From: Albugo candida
Taxonomy: Eukaryota
Assembly (NCBI GenBank): GCA_040437565.1
Contig: JBDOQK010000076.1
Coordinates: 62,001 to 115,614, forward strand
Direction of reading: 5' to 3'
Length of the DNA stretch: 53,614 nucleotides
Shown: positions 1 through 11,459 of the stretch, in pieces
How the letters are laid out: every line of letters begins with the position of its first letter
Position numbering within the stretch: the first letter of the stretch is position 1
Program-made: the position numbers and the translations under genes
Notes under the pieces: model-generated
What the model saw: only the letters and a program-made list of their open reading frames with translations
What the model was told of the DNA's origin: nothing
The model's database searches: none

Positions 1-1625
1 CGTAGTAAACGCGTTCACCAGCAACAAGAGCATGCCCCCGAAATGCTCAAAGTTCCCTCAACTACATAGATCAATAAGAATTACCCCAGTATATTCGAGT
101 TTTGAAGGAGGCAAGTGCACTAGTTACTGTTGTAGAGGAAGAAGAATACGTGCAATCACTTGTGAATGACTTGACTCAAAAATCTGAATTGCACGATTCA
201 GGTGAAACTACCACATCCAAATGGTCCCACATCAACCCTGTTTTGGTGGATTATGTCATACCAATTGCAGAAATGTATCATTTTCTATGGATACGGGACA
301 TTTGAGAAAGCTAAGGCGTCGTGGTGCAAATCTTCTCGATGAAAAACACGCTCAACAAGAGCGTTCTCACAAGAATCTTCAGGCTCAACATGAAATCCGG
401 AAGCAATTGAGGGATAAAATATTGAGTAAAGACGTATAGTCATTGATGGGAACGATGGCATTGCTGGATGAATCCACAAAGGATATCAAAGAGCAGAAGC
501 TTGCGACAGTACTTGCCGTCCGCGCATTAGAAGAAAAAGGTGCTGTGGAAGCTTCGATGAAGACGCTTGAGGCTGTAAATAAAGCGATTTCAGTCGTATC
601 CAAGCACTCCGCTGATGGAGCTATTCAGACCCTGCATTCATCACTGAAAAATATGCTACAAAAAGGACTAGAATCTCAATGTCCTGAGGTCGAAACTTTC
701 CTGCGTTCAACTATCGACGCCGCTAAAGATACATCAACGCAACCAAGTCCACAGCCAATGGCTACTTGTATCAATGACAAGAGCACTGACGCAATAATCC
801 TGTCTACGAAGAAGCTTTCCCTTCTCAGATCAGCACTGGAGCGCTATATGGAAGGAGGAAACTGGATCGCTACAAAAACTTTTTTTGGACCGCCTCGCAT
901 CATTGGGAGATCAAGTAATCGCTTAACTTGGTATTGAACTTGTGCAGAACGCTCGAGATAATCTTTCCCATGGACTGAGTGCACTCAGCTTCTATGTTGA
1001 ACGAAATCAATCGATCAAATTTCTCGCTATAGCAAGAACTTGTGCTGATCTCACGCTATTGAACTCTGCGATCTCTACAGCTATCAAAGGTGGAATTGCC
1101 ACATGGGATTTCAATCTGAAAAATGCCTTAAAGCAGAGGGATGAGTTACAAAACGTCGAAGACTCTGAAGCCACCGACAATATGATGGTTGATGTAGCAC
1201 CTTCTTTGGTGGATCAAGAGCAAGCATCAAACCCTTTGCAGATGTTGCTACAATAATGGACCGCTTGTAACGACGACGATACGACTTACTTACTCGACTT
1301 GGCTCAAGGTGATCCGATAGAAGAGCTGATTGCAGCGAAAGTAGAACATCAAAATGAAGTCAACAAAGTGACTCATGACCTCGAACATGCGTTGAATGCA
1401 ATTGAAAACAATGAAATTGATCTCACAGTGATCGATAAATGAATACAGCGAGCATTGACATGTGGATGCGATGTCGATGCATATGGACATCTCATTGTAT
1501 TTTTTCATGACTCACAGCTTCTGACAATGTCCGAGAGTCCGGAGCGAAGCGATCGGACGTAAGAGACTTTCAATTTAGATGAATGGATTCAAGACCCCGA
1601 TGATGCGTTCGCTCGCAAAAACTAA
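1..1625 (+). pseudogene. 3' part of a disrupted gene for an unknown alpha-helical/charged protein (runs off the window start)
   Basis: ORFs 221-439 and 443-937 share a frame and are split by one TAG. After a frameshift near 880-890, ORF 942-1256 continues in frame past further stops as protein-like sequence (...LLDLAQGDPIEELIAAKVEHQNEVNKVTHDLEHALNAIENNE...) to about 1625. No family recognised. Confidence 0.55.
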
Positions 1626-3149
1626 CATAGTGTGACCTTATTAGTCAGTCTTCGATGGGTATCACTTCCCGGGTATCATCAGTTCAGCACTGGAAGACGT
1701 GTAACCCAAATGCTGGTTTGATCAAATTGACTTAGTGGAGATCTATACTTACCTCTGACCAAGTAGGCAACCACTTCTAGCTTTTCAACAAATGTGCAGC
1801 GACACAAGTCCAATACGATCTCTGTCATGAAGCCGAATTCTGGTCGCATAATCTTTGGCAAATCTCAACCTAATGCATATTTTTCTATTGGCATAACTAA
1901 GCCAATGTGCCGAGTGCCATGATATAGATCGAAGAGATTATGAAAAGGTCCACGTCTATAAATTGATTGTTGTTGTGGAAAGTCGTCTTGCATTTTATTT
2001 TGTCCATGTAGAATTCCATGATTGGGGAATAAATTCCTATAAATCTAGATAAGTAGAGAGATCAATTTTCTTGGTGCCCTCATCCCTTGTCACTTTCCAT
2101 TCAGATGCTTGAAATAATAGGGATATAATGTGCTTGCGACAGAAACAGTTGATAAACAACTTCATCAAGGCTGTCCTTGTATACTTATCAATGCCAAAAG
2201 TTGTAAGGAATGAATGAAATAATCAGTCGATCAGAAAGCATCAGGACTACTCTCAGTAATCTTGCCTCAAGTGGCTAAAATGATCACGAGGTTGTACAGA
2301 TGATTGAATTTCTCCCATGATAATGAAGAGTGTTCTTCCATTCTTTTCGGATTTTTCTCGGAATCCTATTTTTGTGTGTGAAAACTATCGTGCTTTGCAA
2401 TTTTGGGTCCAACTCAAAGCAAAAGAAGGCTAATGGGTTCGACTCTATGGTCAAGAGCTGTGCTGACGTAAAACATCCAACATGATTGTCTTATGCAACA
2501 CGATCCTACCATCACAATTCTCATTATTTGAGCTTTGCAACGAGTCCAATATACGATGGTATAACTAACCCTGTACACACTGTCAATACAAGATTGTGAT
2601 AATCTGTGCGCTTCTTTGCTTCTTTCGTCATTGACTGAGATGATCTAGCAGGAAAAAATGAAAAGATGTTGTGCAATTCGATACGCATATTGAAGGCTCT
2701 ACTTCCCCCATTCAAGAAAACCGATGAGATTTTGTCGCGAAAATATTGCGCTTAGCTGCGACGCAATAGGTGCACTTAGACGGATTTCTGCTTCCAGAGT
2801 TCCTTAAGTGGACGCCCTAAACAGCCCAAACAGTATATCAAGTAAATGAGGATTGATATCTACTAGAATGCGCTACGAGATAGCCTACTGCATATGCGTT
2901 TGGCCTGAGAAATATATAATATTTCGAAACAGCACAAGCCGTTTGCCGCAAAAGGAGTGGTATGTCAGGTAAAAATGAAATGGCATAGGGCCATGTCGGG
3001 AAAGCTCAAAATATGCTCGAGCTGCAAAAAAAGATTACTCTCTGCACTGTACCGTCGCTGTTGTGCCCTCAGTGTGCTCGATTTGATTCTTTGTCATGTG
3101 CAATCACTGTGATCCTAACGCTGGAAGATTGATGATTTACAAGAGCTCC

Positions 3150-4260
3150 TTTCTAAAATGCTGTGCTAATTGTTACACTCCACTTGACATTTTCCACCAT
3201 TCTTCCCACCCACGCGAATGATATTTTATACAGGTACTTCTTGAACTTTCTCGTAAACCCATCCATAAAAGCGATACTTTCATTTGTATGGAGTTTTGAT
3301 ATCCACTTGCTCACAGGTATCATCCATACGACTTGGAACAATTGCATCTGCATACAAAGTCAAACGTTCCATTTTGCCGTTCGACAAGCCGTACCCTTTA
3401 CCAACGAGTGCATGAACCGGTCCTTGCTCATCCGCACTGAGACATATTCTAATGTCGACATCGGAAGCCTCGCTCATAAGGGATATGATGGTTGATGAAC
3501 AAACATAGCAGCAGTATGTACCAAAAGGGTTGTACGGCGTCCTCGCAGCGATAACATGATGAGTTGGAACATCACGTAACACTCCATTTTCTTTATGCAT
3601 TGGCTCGGTGGTAGTCGAGTCCAAATTAAATATGACCACCATCCGCTCCATAGTAAATTAGCGAAAAGTGAATGACCAACTGACCCTATTTCGGTGCGTC
3701 GAACGCTTCTTCCATCCTCACAGCTACTTTATCAAACTGAAACAGAGAGAAATGTTGACATCGTACTACATGATCGCATCTCAACATAATCAGTTGATAA
3801 ATCTCGACATCGCCTAAGAATGAATACCGGACAACATATGCATCCAAAGAAATATGTTTTGCTCCCTTTAATCTTGCGACGGAGTAGCTCAGAGACCCTG
3901 TGCCGTAAAGGCTGATTGCAGTACGGAAAGGGCTGAAAGCAAGTGCCATTGTTCTGCGACTGCAACAGATGTACATCGCATCTCTTTCATGTACATAAGG
4001 ATGATGCAACATCAGATCCATTCAATGACGTATGCCACGGTGAATAAAAGGCTCTCGCGAAAACCTCTGCGACAGCGACGGATTTTTGAGGGTAGGTACT
4101 TCCACATCAATTCTGACATACCAGGAGCACACTGCAACAACTGAGATGGTTGGCCTAACAGGATCATATAGTCAGCGGTTTGAGCCACTGAGAATGCAAA
4201 TATGTTGATACACTTCAAGCAAGCAATAACTTGACAAAGTTGATGATGACTCTAGCATTG
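3150..4260 (-). pseudogene. Disrupted Cys-containing lineage-specific gene, family X copy 1 (possibly a secreted effector-like protein)
   Basis: Fragmented minus-strand ORFs 4012-4218, 3686-4021 and 3280-3651 are collinear with homologous segments at 11.7-12.8 kb: LLQCAPGMSEL vs VL*CALGIDEI, CCSRRTMALAFSPFRTAI vs CCDRTTTTLAFSRYPFAI, DKVAVRMEEAFDAPK vs DTVVVRMKEALDASK. Boundaries are approximate. Confidence 0.55.
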
Positions 4261-4586
4261 ATCCTTCTAAATCACACAAACAATTGTATCAATAGTTGAT
4301 AAGCTTATTGCTGCTCAAACCAGCGCCACCTTTCGTAAAGAAGGTAATATTGCGAGTCAAGGGAATGAAAAGGGTTGTTCCGGATGGTGAAAAAGTGTGC
4401 TGCCTGCTCGATCATATGTGAAAGTAGCCGGGATATCCAATGGAAAGACATGGTACGGATACGAATACTGCAAGAGCAGGCACCAGAATTGCAGAAAAGT
4501 CGAGTAAAAGATTCATCTCACCAGATTATATCAATTGATTTTTATTTTCCTTCGATCCAATTGGATTTGATCAGTCAAATCGGTAT

Positions 4587-5564
4587 TTAATAGTTGGTAT
4601 CAACGATGAATGTGTACGGTTCGAATTCGAATCCCAGAGCTGTTGTGCCAATAGAGTAGATTCTGGTAGCATAACGTTTCGAGAATGTAGCACCTATGGT
4701 ATACATCTTCTCGTCTCCATTTTCCCAAGCTTGGAGTGCCAAGAAGCACATTGAATCAGAGCCTATGGTGCGAAGAATATACTCATCTTTTGTGAGTTTG
4801 TAAACTTTTCTACCGGGAAGGTGAAACTTCAAATAAGGTAGCTCGATGCCGTTGATTTCATGACATGCAAATGACGTTGTGTCGGAAATGCCACATTGCA
4901 CCCTCAGCGACTGGGCTATTCGGTTAAAAGATCTAGGAGATACCGTGCTGATTACTGAGCCATAATTAAGTGTCAGCGCATACTTTTCCAATCCCAATCT
5001 GACATCTCTCCAACGTTCAAGTGTTGTTTCAGAATAGAATTTTAGCTCGATCCTTGCATTCAGTTTACCAAGAGTTGCGACCCTAGACGAGTTACAATCG
5101 TACATTCTCTCAGAACGATAAGCATGACGCAGCTTTTTATAGTCTCTAAACTTCATCACATTCTTAAAGAACAATTTTGGGTCACTAGTACCAACCCATT
5201 CAAAACTGAGTTGATGTGGAAGGTCAGCACGGTAGACACAAAATGGCTTCAATTTCGGTACTTTTGAGTAGTCCAGAGATGCAAGAGACAAGGATGTATT
5301 GACGTCATGTTGTGGCGGCGGAAGTTTCCATATAGTGTCAGTTGCCGTATATTCTGGCTCAAATGCAATCACATCCGAATCATACGTTCCGGGGCCGGTC
5401 GCCTCAATGACAAGTTCCATTTCTCCGTCTTTAGCGTTGTCATTCACAACAAAACATACACCATGTTCTGGAATGCCTCTACAGGCAGCCACCGTCAGTT
5501 TTATATACAGATGCGCGCACGAAGACTCAAATAGTTCGAAAATGAGGAGAAGGAAGTATCTCAT
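4587..5564 (-). CDS. Secreted pepsin-like (A1 aspartic protease fold) protein, predicted catalytically inactive, ~325 aa
   Basis: Intact ORF from the ATG at 5564. It begins with a signal-peptide-like MRYFLLLIFELFESSCA. The C-terminal lobe follows the pepsin pattern: LNYGSVISTVSPRSFNRIAQSL (where iDSGTsli is expected), ELPYLKFHLPGRKVYKLTKDEYI, CFLALQ, YTIGATFSKRYATRIY (where wILGd.Fl..Yy.vfD is expected). No DTG or DSG occurs in the translation. Confidence 0.7.
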   Translation of the reverse strand: MRYFLLLIFELFESSCAHLYIKLTVAACRGIPEHGVCFVVNDNAKDGEMELVIEATGPGTYDSDVIAFEPEYTATDTIWKLPPPQHDVNTSLSLASLDYSKVPKLKPFCVYRADLPHQLSFEWVGTSDPKLFFKNVMKFRDYKKLRHAYRSERMYDCNSSRVATLGKLNARIELKFYSETTLERWRDVRLGLEKYALTLNYGSVISTVSPRSFNRIAQSLRVQCGISDTTSFACHEINGIELPYLKFHLPGRKVYKLTKDEYILRTIGSDSMCFLALQAWENGDEKMYTIGATFSKRYATRIYSIGTTALGFEFEPYTFIVDTNY

Positions 5565-8099
5565 TAAAGCGAAATATATGATTTGAAAGTGTTCAGAACT
5601 TGGGGTACGTGCTATAATCGCCAATGCGGTGATGCTTCCTTCTCATTGATAGCAAGCTGAAAAATGGCACCTGAGAGATTCGATGTTGACCTTGCAAAAT
5701 ATGGAAACTTGTCGAATTACTGGCTAGCCAACGCACTAAGACGTATCTGAGGCCATTTATCATAAAGAAATTGACTACAATGTTCGATTGCAGTCCGGTT
5801 ACTATGTCATCGCCGGATCTCCCACTTATAAGCAAGCAGTATGTGCTCAAGCTGTACTAGTTTTTTTTCTTCCAGATTCATTTGCGAGGAATCAACCATT
5901 CATAAAGCATATTTGTATCAGCAACAACGTCGAATTTTCGATTTTAGCGAATGATACGACATATATTTCTCGAATGTAGCCAGAAATTTGAGAAGGCTAC
6001 CGCTCTACTCGTCAATTGACGGATTGGCTTCGTAAACCGATTTTTCTTTTGTTTGATACAAGCAAGTTTTTTCAGCGCCATGCCTTAATTATTCGATAGA
6101 AAATGAGCAACGTTTGGACCGAGCGTAATCATGCGTTCAACAATCCGAAATTGGTCTGATTGGGCACACCATCAACCAGCTGTTATGGATATGCCAGAAT
6201 TATCGGCCGAAGTTTGGTTAGACTATCGACATTGTAATGGTTTTGGTGTCATAATGAGCCTTGATTTCTAAGTCATTAGTCTTTTTTATCACTTGTGGCA
6301 TTTTAGGGAAAGGATACTACTGACTAGAATTTGGAGTTTGCTATGATTGTATGTCATGGTTTCTTCCTACTATCGCAGTATTTACTGCCACACTTTTTTT
6401 CCTATCTAGTTGGACATTTTCGCACGTAGCTATAGGTGATGGTCAGGAATATAAAAATATTGAATCCTATTGATTTGCAACGTTGCTTGTGTCATCCAGC
6501 ACCGAACATTCTCTCTCTCAGCATTTAATGCCCTCGACTTGTGGATCGATTATAAACAAGCGTAGGCCTTCCACTCGACACGAACCGGCTTGTTGTATGC
6601 TGTTAAGACGCAGTAGAATGTTCCAAATACTATTTGAAAACCGTACGATGCCATGCGAAGTGCAGGTCCGAATAGTTGCATTTAACAATCATACTGATTC
6701 GTCGTCATTCGAAACATAGCAGCGGAGTATGCGCAGCCGCACACTTCAGAGGACTACAGTAAGTGATTACGTGCTCTTGATGATGCCTTCACAAGACTGA
6801 CCCAAATTTACTACGCAAATTGTGTTGGAGCGGCAAAGAAATTTGAAAGCATTTTGCGACGTTTCCATCATCCCAAAAACATTGATACTCTTACGCCAAA
6901 GTACGTGCTTATTACCGTTTCCCTGTACTTTGCCCGAGGCCACTACAATCACTTATCGCCATTGTATCTTCTTTCTGTATCGAAAGAAATGCCACTAACA
7001 ATCCCCGGTTGATCAGTTGTATAGGTCTGAGCTCAACAGCTCTGCCATCTCAAGTCGGGTATGAGGTTCTTGTTGATATATTCTGAGATGAATTATTTCG
7101 TTCTTTCTGCTAAATGCGCTTTGTCATCAAGTCCAAAGCAGTCAGTTACCAGAGTACGCCAACGCTTGAAAGTCGATCGGTGACAGCCACGAAGTTCTGA
7201 GACAATTGGGCAACATATGTGTCTACACATAGTCGTATAGGCTGAATGTAAAATGTAAGTATCATATCCATTTCGTAAGATTCAAAGACCCCCTCCCCAA
7301 TAGTGGTGTGCCTCTGGCCTTAATTTCTCATATTTTCTGTGCGCGATCGCCTTCGGCACATCCCAAATGAGCAATATTTCGCATAGAGAATCACTATAGT
7401 TTCGATAATCAAGAATTTCAATCAAGCACGATACATTCTTATTTTTTCGCCATGGTACCTCTAAATGTGGCGCAGTGGATGATGTTCTTCCAGTCGTAAG
7501 ATGCACCTTACTGAATATTAGACGAGATCCGACCACACACACTCAACCAGAAAATTAATCCTCCGCAGGGGGAGCGTAGCAATTTTTTTTAGTATCTCTG
7601 TGGCACACACCGCAAATCAAGACGCGAGTGTTCCGTATTCAATGCTACCTCGATTGCTTCAATAGTTCCATTCGTGAAACATATGATTTACTAGATGAAA
7701 ACATGGAATGACATTTGCAGTATTCGTACCTCAATGTATTAGGTTTCATATCGCTCATTACACAAACATCTTGATAGCTGAATTCAAATTGGCACAGCCA
7801 AAATGAGTTTGATTGTGATTTCCGTAGCCGTCCGTCAGTTATGATTGTGATAAATTGAAAAACTCATGTACCAAAGTGAGAAAATTCTTTAAGCGGGAAG
7901 TCAAAAGCTGCAAAACGTCCACCTCTATCTTCTTTACAACATCCCCAGTCTAGATCCCGACAAATCAATCCTATCATACCATTGCCACTCAGCGATTTCC
8001 GGCCAAAGTTCCACCATTCAAAACAGCCATGAAGTCTTTCCTAGCATTACCGCCTCATCTTAGCAATCTTGATCCTTCGAGATCGTCGGTAGCAAAAAT

Positions 8100-8940
8100 C
8101 AATAACTATACGATGCCAACGGTCCGGATCTGAGGAATTTCATTGTGACTGAAGCTATTCCAGCGTCGTAACAAATTTGTTCCCGATATTTGTTGTGGAA
8201 TGAACACTTCAAGCAGTATTGTGTCCGCTATGAGCTCCTTATTGCAACAAACACTTTTTCTTCCGCAACCAGCTGAGAATAAATCTATTACTTTTATGAG
8301 ACGAGTCTCGAACCAGTCTCCTTTCATCTGTTTAGGCACGCATTGTTATCATGAACATTACTGTAATGCCTTTTGAGAGGCTGAATCGATCGAATCTGAA
8401 GCCCTTCCTCTATAGCGATCACATGCTAGGGTCGACATACTTTGTACACAGAGCTTGCAGATCATTCCGGTAGAGGTAGCATTGAATGAATGCTTGAGCC
8501 TAGAGCAAGTCGACGGATAATGTGACAAGGTGAATTCTTGCAAATGACAAGCGATCATGTCGAAGGCATACTTTTGTATTATTCCACCGTGACTGATAGC
8601 TGGTAACAAAGAGCTCTGTAATTCATCAGAAAGATAAGAGAAGGCTGAGAATAGCTGTGAGCATGTAGAGTACATCCGTTATCTTCCATCCAGCCTTGAC
8701 CGTTGCTGTCTGCAGCATGCAACTTGTACACATCCAACGGAGAACGCATTGCGATGTTACGTGGATAGAAGAGTCCAAGCTTGTATACACTACTATTATT
8801 ACCATTACCGCATAATCAGAATGAAATGTACTAATGGTGGTTTCTTAAGACTACCAACTAATGCACAGAAAGAGAAGTGCACTGCACTTATGTACAACAG
8901 TAACAACAAAGACTTACAAGCTGCTGAAGAAGCTCACATC
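8100..8940 (-). pseudogene. Possible decayed secreted Cys-rich protein gene
   Basis: The minus strand near 8940 reads M*ASSAACKSLLLLLYISAVHFSFCALVGS (signal-peptide-like). Further downstream, in shifting frames, are the CxxC words CTSCMLQ (~8730) and CKLCVQS (~8455). Many stops; homology not established. Confidence 0.3.
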
Positions 8941-9418
8941 GATTAGCTACGTACGTATTCCATTATCGCATACATCACATCTTCCAAGCGCGGGTTGCAA
9001 TGATTTAGTCAACAACAGAAATAACAGCTCAAAGTGAAAAGTGGATTTTCATGATCGAGGTCAAGTCTTTTGAACCCAATTTAGTTTCGTCTTCAGATAT
9101 GACTAGTTGATTGCAGCGAAAATATTGTACGCATGCGTGTGATCTGATCATATTCGTCTAGCGACGGTGGAGATATCTGTTAGATAGCGTACCGAAGGGT
9201 GAAAATCTTTTTTAGTATGTGTTCAGTATGCTCCCAGCATGGCTATTCTCATTCTCATGGATATTTAAGTACTATCGAAAAACTATGGATGTGAAGAAAT
9301 GCATTGATCACACACCTCGAAGAAGTTTAGTGCATACTAAGAAATTGATGGTGTTGCCAAAATCCAAATATCGATGGAATGTAATGCATTTCAGTTGCTT
9401 GTCTCGACCTAATTACAA

Positions 9419-10406
9419 TTAAGTCCCTTGTCTGACCTGATTGTATAGCACGAATCCGAATTTCTTCTCTTTAAGCCAGATTTTGGTAGCGTAACTTTTG
9501 GCAAATGCTGCAACCATAAGCCATCTCATATCCCACTGGGTTTTCTTGTGAGGTTCCAACGCCAGAAAGCAAATTGCTGGGGGCGTTATCCCATCTCTCC
9601 GCACGATAGATTGCTTACTTATAAATTCGTATTATACTCCATCATCACCCAATCTGTATGGAAATGTAGGCAACTCAGTCGTAATAATCAATATCCTGGA
9701 CTTGAAACCTCTCTAACACTTCCATTTTGATATTTTCGTATGAGTTCTCATCCATCGTGCTTATCACTGAGCCATAATTGAATGAGATACCAGTGTAATC
9801 GTAAATCGTAACAGAATCAAGCTGAGGACGAGCCCAGTTCCCTGTCACTGTGATACGACTTGCTGAAGCACCAAACGTCTTTTTTGTTTTAAATATTTGG
9901 TCGTCAAGATTATCCAGATAAATATGTTCCTTATTTGTGTTCGACATTTCATGGATGAGTGGATCGAGTGGGAAATACCATGTTGGATGATCAGATTGTG
10001 TCCATTCAAAACTAAGTATGTTTACAGAAGACGGGAAAGAGAGCTGATCAAAACGAACGTAAGAAACAAGCTCAGCGACTTCTTGTTGGTGATGGACTGA
10101 ATTCGGTGCATGTGGAATTTTGCTGCTCAATCTAAGATATAAAGTCAAATCGATGTCAGCTGCAGGTGCGTTGCATTCATTGTTCACGTGCTCATCATGC
10201 ATGCTTTCTTCCATATTATCGCCAAGTTCAACAACGGGTGTCCATTCGTCACGAGCTTTTTGCTTCCTTGCAGCGAAAACTATTTCCTATTGTGGACCAC
10301 GTACCGAACGCGATCTCGCGCCAAGTTTAATGTGTGATCGAGCATACGAAAGCTCAAGTGGCTGAGCTACAAGAAGGAGAAAGAATTTCAATAAAAGACT
10401 TGTCAT
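9419..10406 (-). pseudogene. Disrupted paralog of the secreted pepsin-like protein at 4587-5564
   Basis: The ATG at 10406 gives MTSLLLKFFLLLVAQPLELSYARSHIKL, which aligns with MRYFLLLIFELFESSCAHLYIKL. An in-frame TAG lies at 10287-10289. The ORF then carries FNYGSVISTMDENSYENI, frameshifts near 9680 into ELPTFPYRLGDDGV*YEFISKQSIVRR, and ends CFLALEP...WLMVAAFAKSYATKIW...FGF. Confidence 0.75.
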
Positions 10407-11459
10407 TGAGCAGAATACTTCAAAAGTGTCACTTTTCGGTAGCGTGCCAGCTAACCACAGTCACTGGATCAAAAGGAGATTTCTTTCTATCTTCCGGGAG
10501 GTGTAATTATTTATTGATGCGTTCGATAAGCACCTTTCTTTTCTATAATAATGCCAAGTGTACGACTTCCAAAGCCCCGACAGTTCATAACTAATCCTAT
10601 TCCTAGCATTATTACGTGTACCAGCGCGGAAGAAGGAAATTCGCACGATTACTCTGAGCGTTCTTTTTGCTTTTTTTTGTTAGAAATTTGCTAAGGTGAA
10701 GCTTAAAAGCGGAACCTTGTATCTCTATCTGTGCTCAGTCAAGAGCAACTTTTGCAAATCCACTACACGGTGTTGTAAAACGTCTACAATTTCAAATTCT
10801 GAAAGTGGGAAAAGAACTAGTAAGCCCTGCTACTTTACGCTTTGCTTGGATGATTGTAATGTATCTCATGGAAATTTCCTGATCTGTAATGTTTGGCATA
10901 TGCGGTCGCTGAGAACAAAGATTTGAATGGAACGAAAATTCGAAAGTAGCTCACTAAGGCCAAAACCGTGTGACACGGCAACAATTTCAGAACTCTTCCT
11001 TGCACAAGTCATGCTTAAGGTGGCTGACGAAATCATCACATCAACTTAACTGCTCCACTTTAATTGCTCCTCACCGCTACTATCTATCAAAACGATAGCA
11101 TTAGGCAAATATGTAGTCCTCTGCTTTTCTCGTCTACCCGTACCTCGAATAGGTTTCAATTCCATGGAGTAATTCCCATTTGATCAGATTAATCACCAGT
11201 ACGAATTGCGTCTGGGTGCGCTCAACCGAAACCCAATCCGTCCCATGTACAAGAAGCCTCATTTGACGAGCATGGATGAAGAGTTTACTGTACTGTTAGG
11301 AATACCAGCGACCTATCATACATAGTCCGTGTGTATGTGGCAGCTTCGCTCGTACAAGTTCTTCTGACCAGTAATGAGCACATTCACTTTGTACTTGAAA
11401 AGCAAATCTTCAAGTACGATCCAGGGTGCTGCATCACGATTCACTTGTTTCAACTCCTA

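Noticed and set aside
2318-2620. CHxC-effector-like relic on the + strand (QHDCLMQH, QDCDNLC)
   Set aside because: The first Cys is absent, the frames are broken and the leader is unclear. It could be chance.
5299-5586. Plus-strand ORFs overlapping the pepsin-like gene (and similar short ORFs throughout the track)
   Set aside because: They are antisense shadows of real or former coding sequence, mostly with non-ATG starts and no recognisable motifs.
7300-7520. RluA-type pseudouridine synthase remnant (TTGRT-HPLRH...AHLGC..GD) on the minus strand
   Set aside because: It needs an assumed frameshift and intron, and no HRLD catalytic motif was found. The match is too short to support a call.
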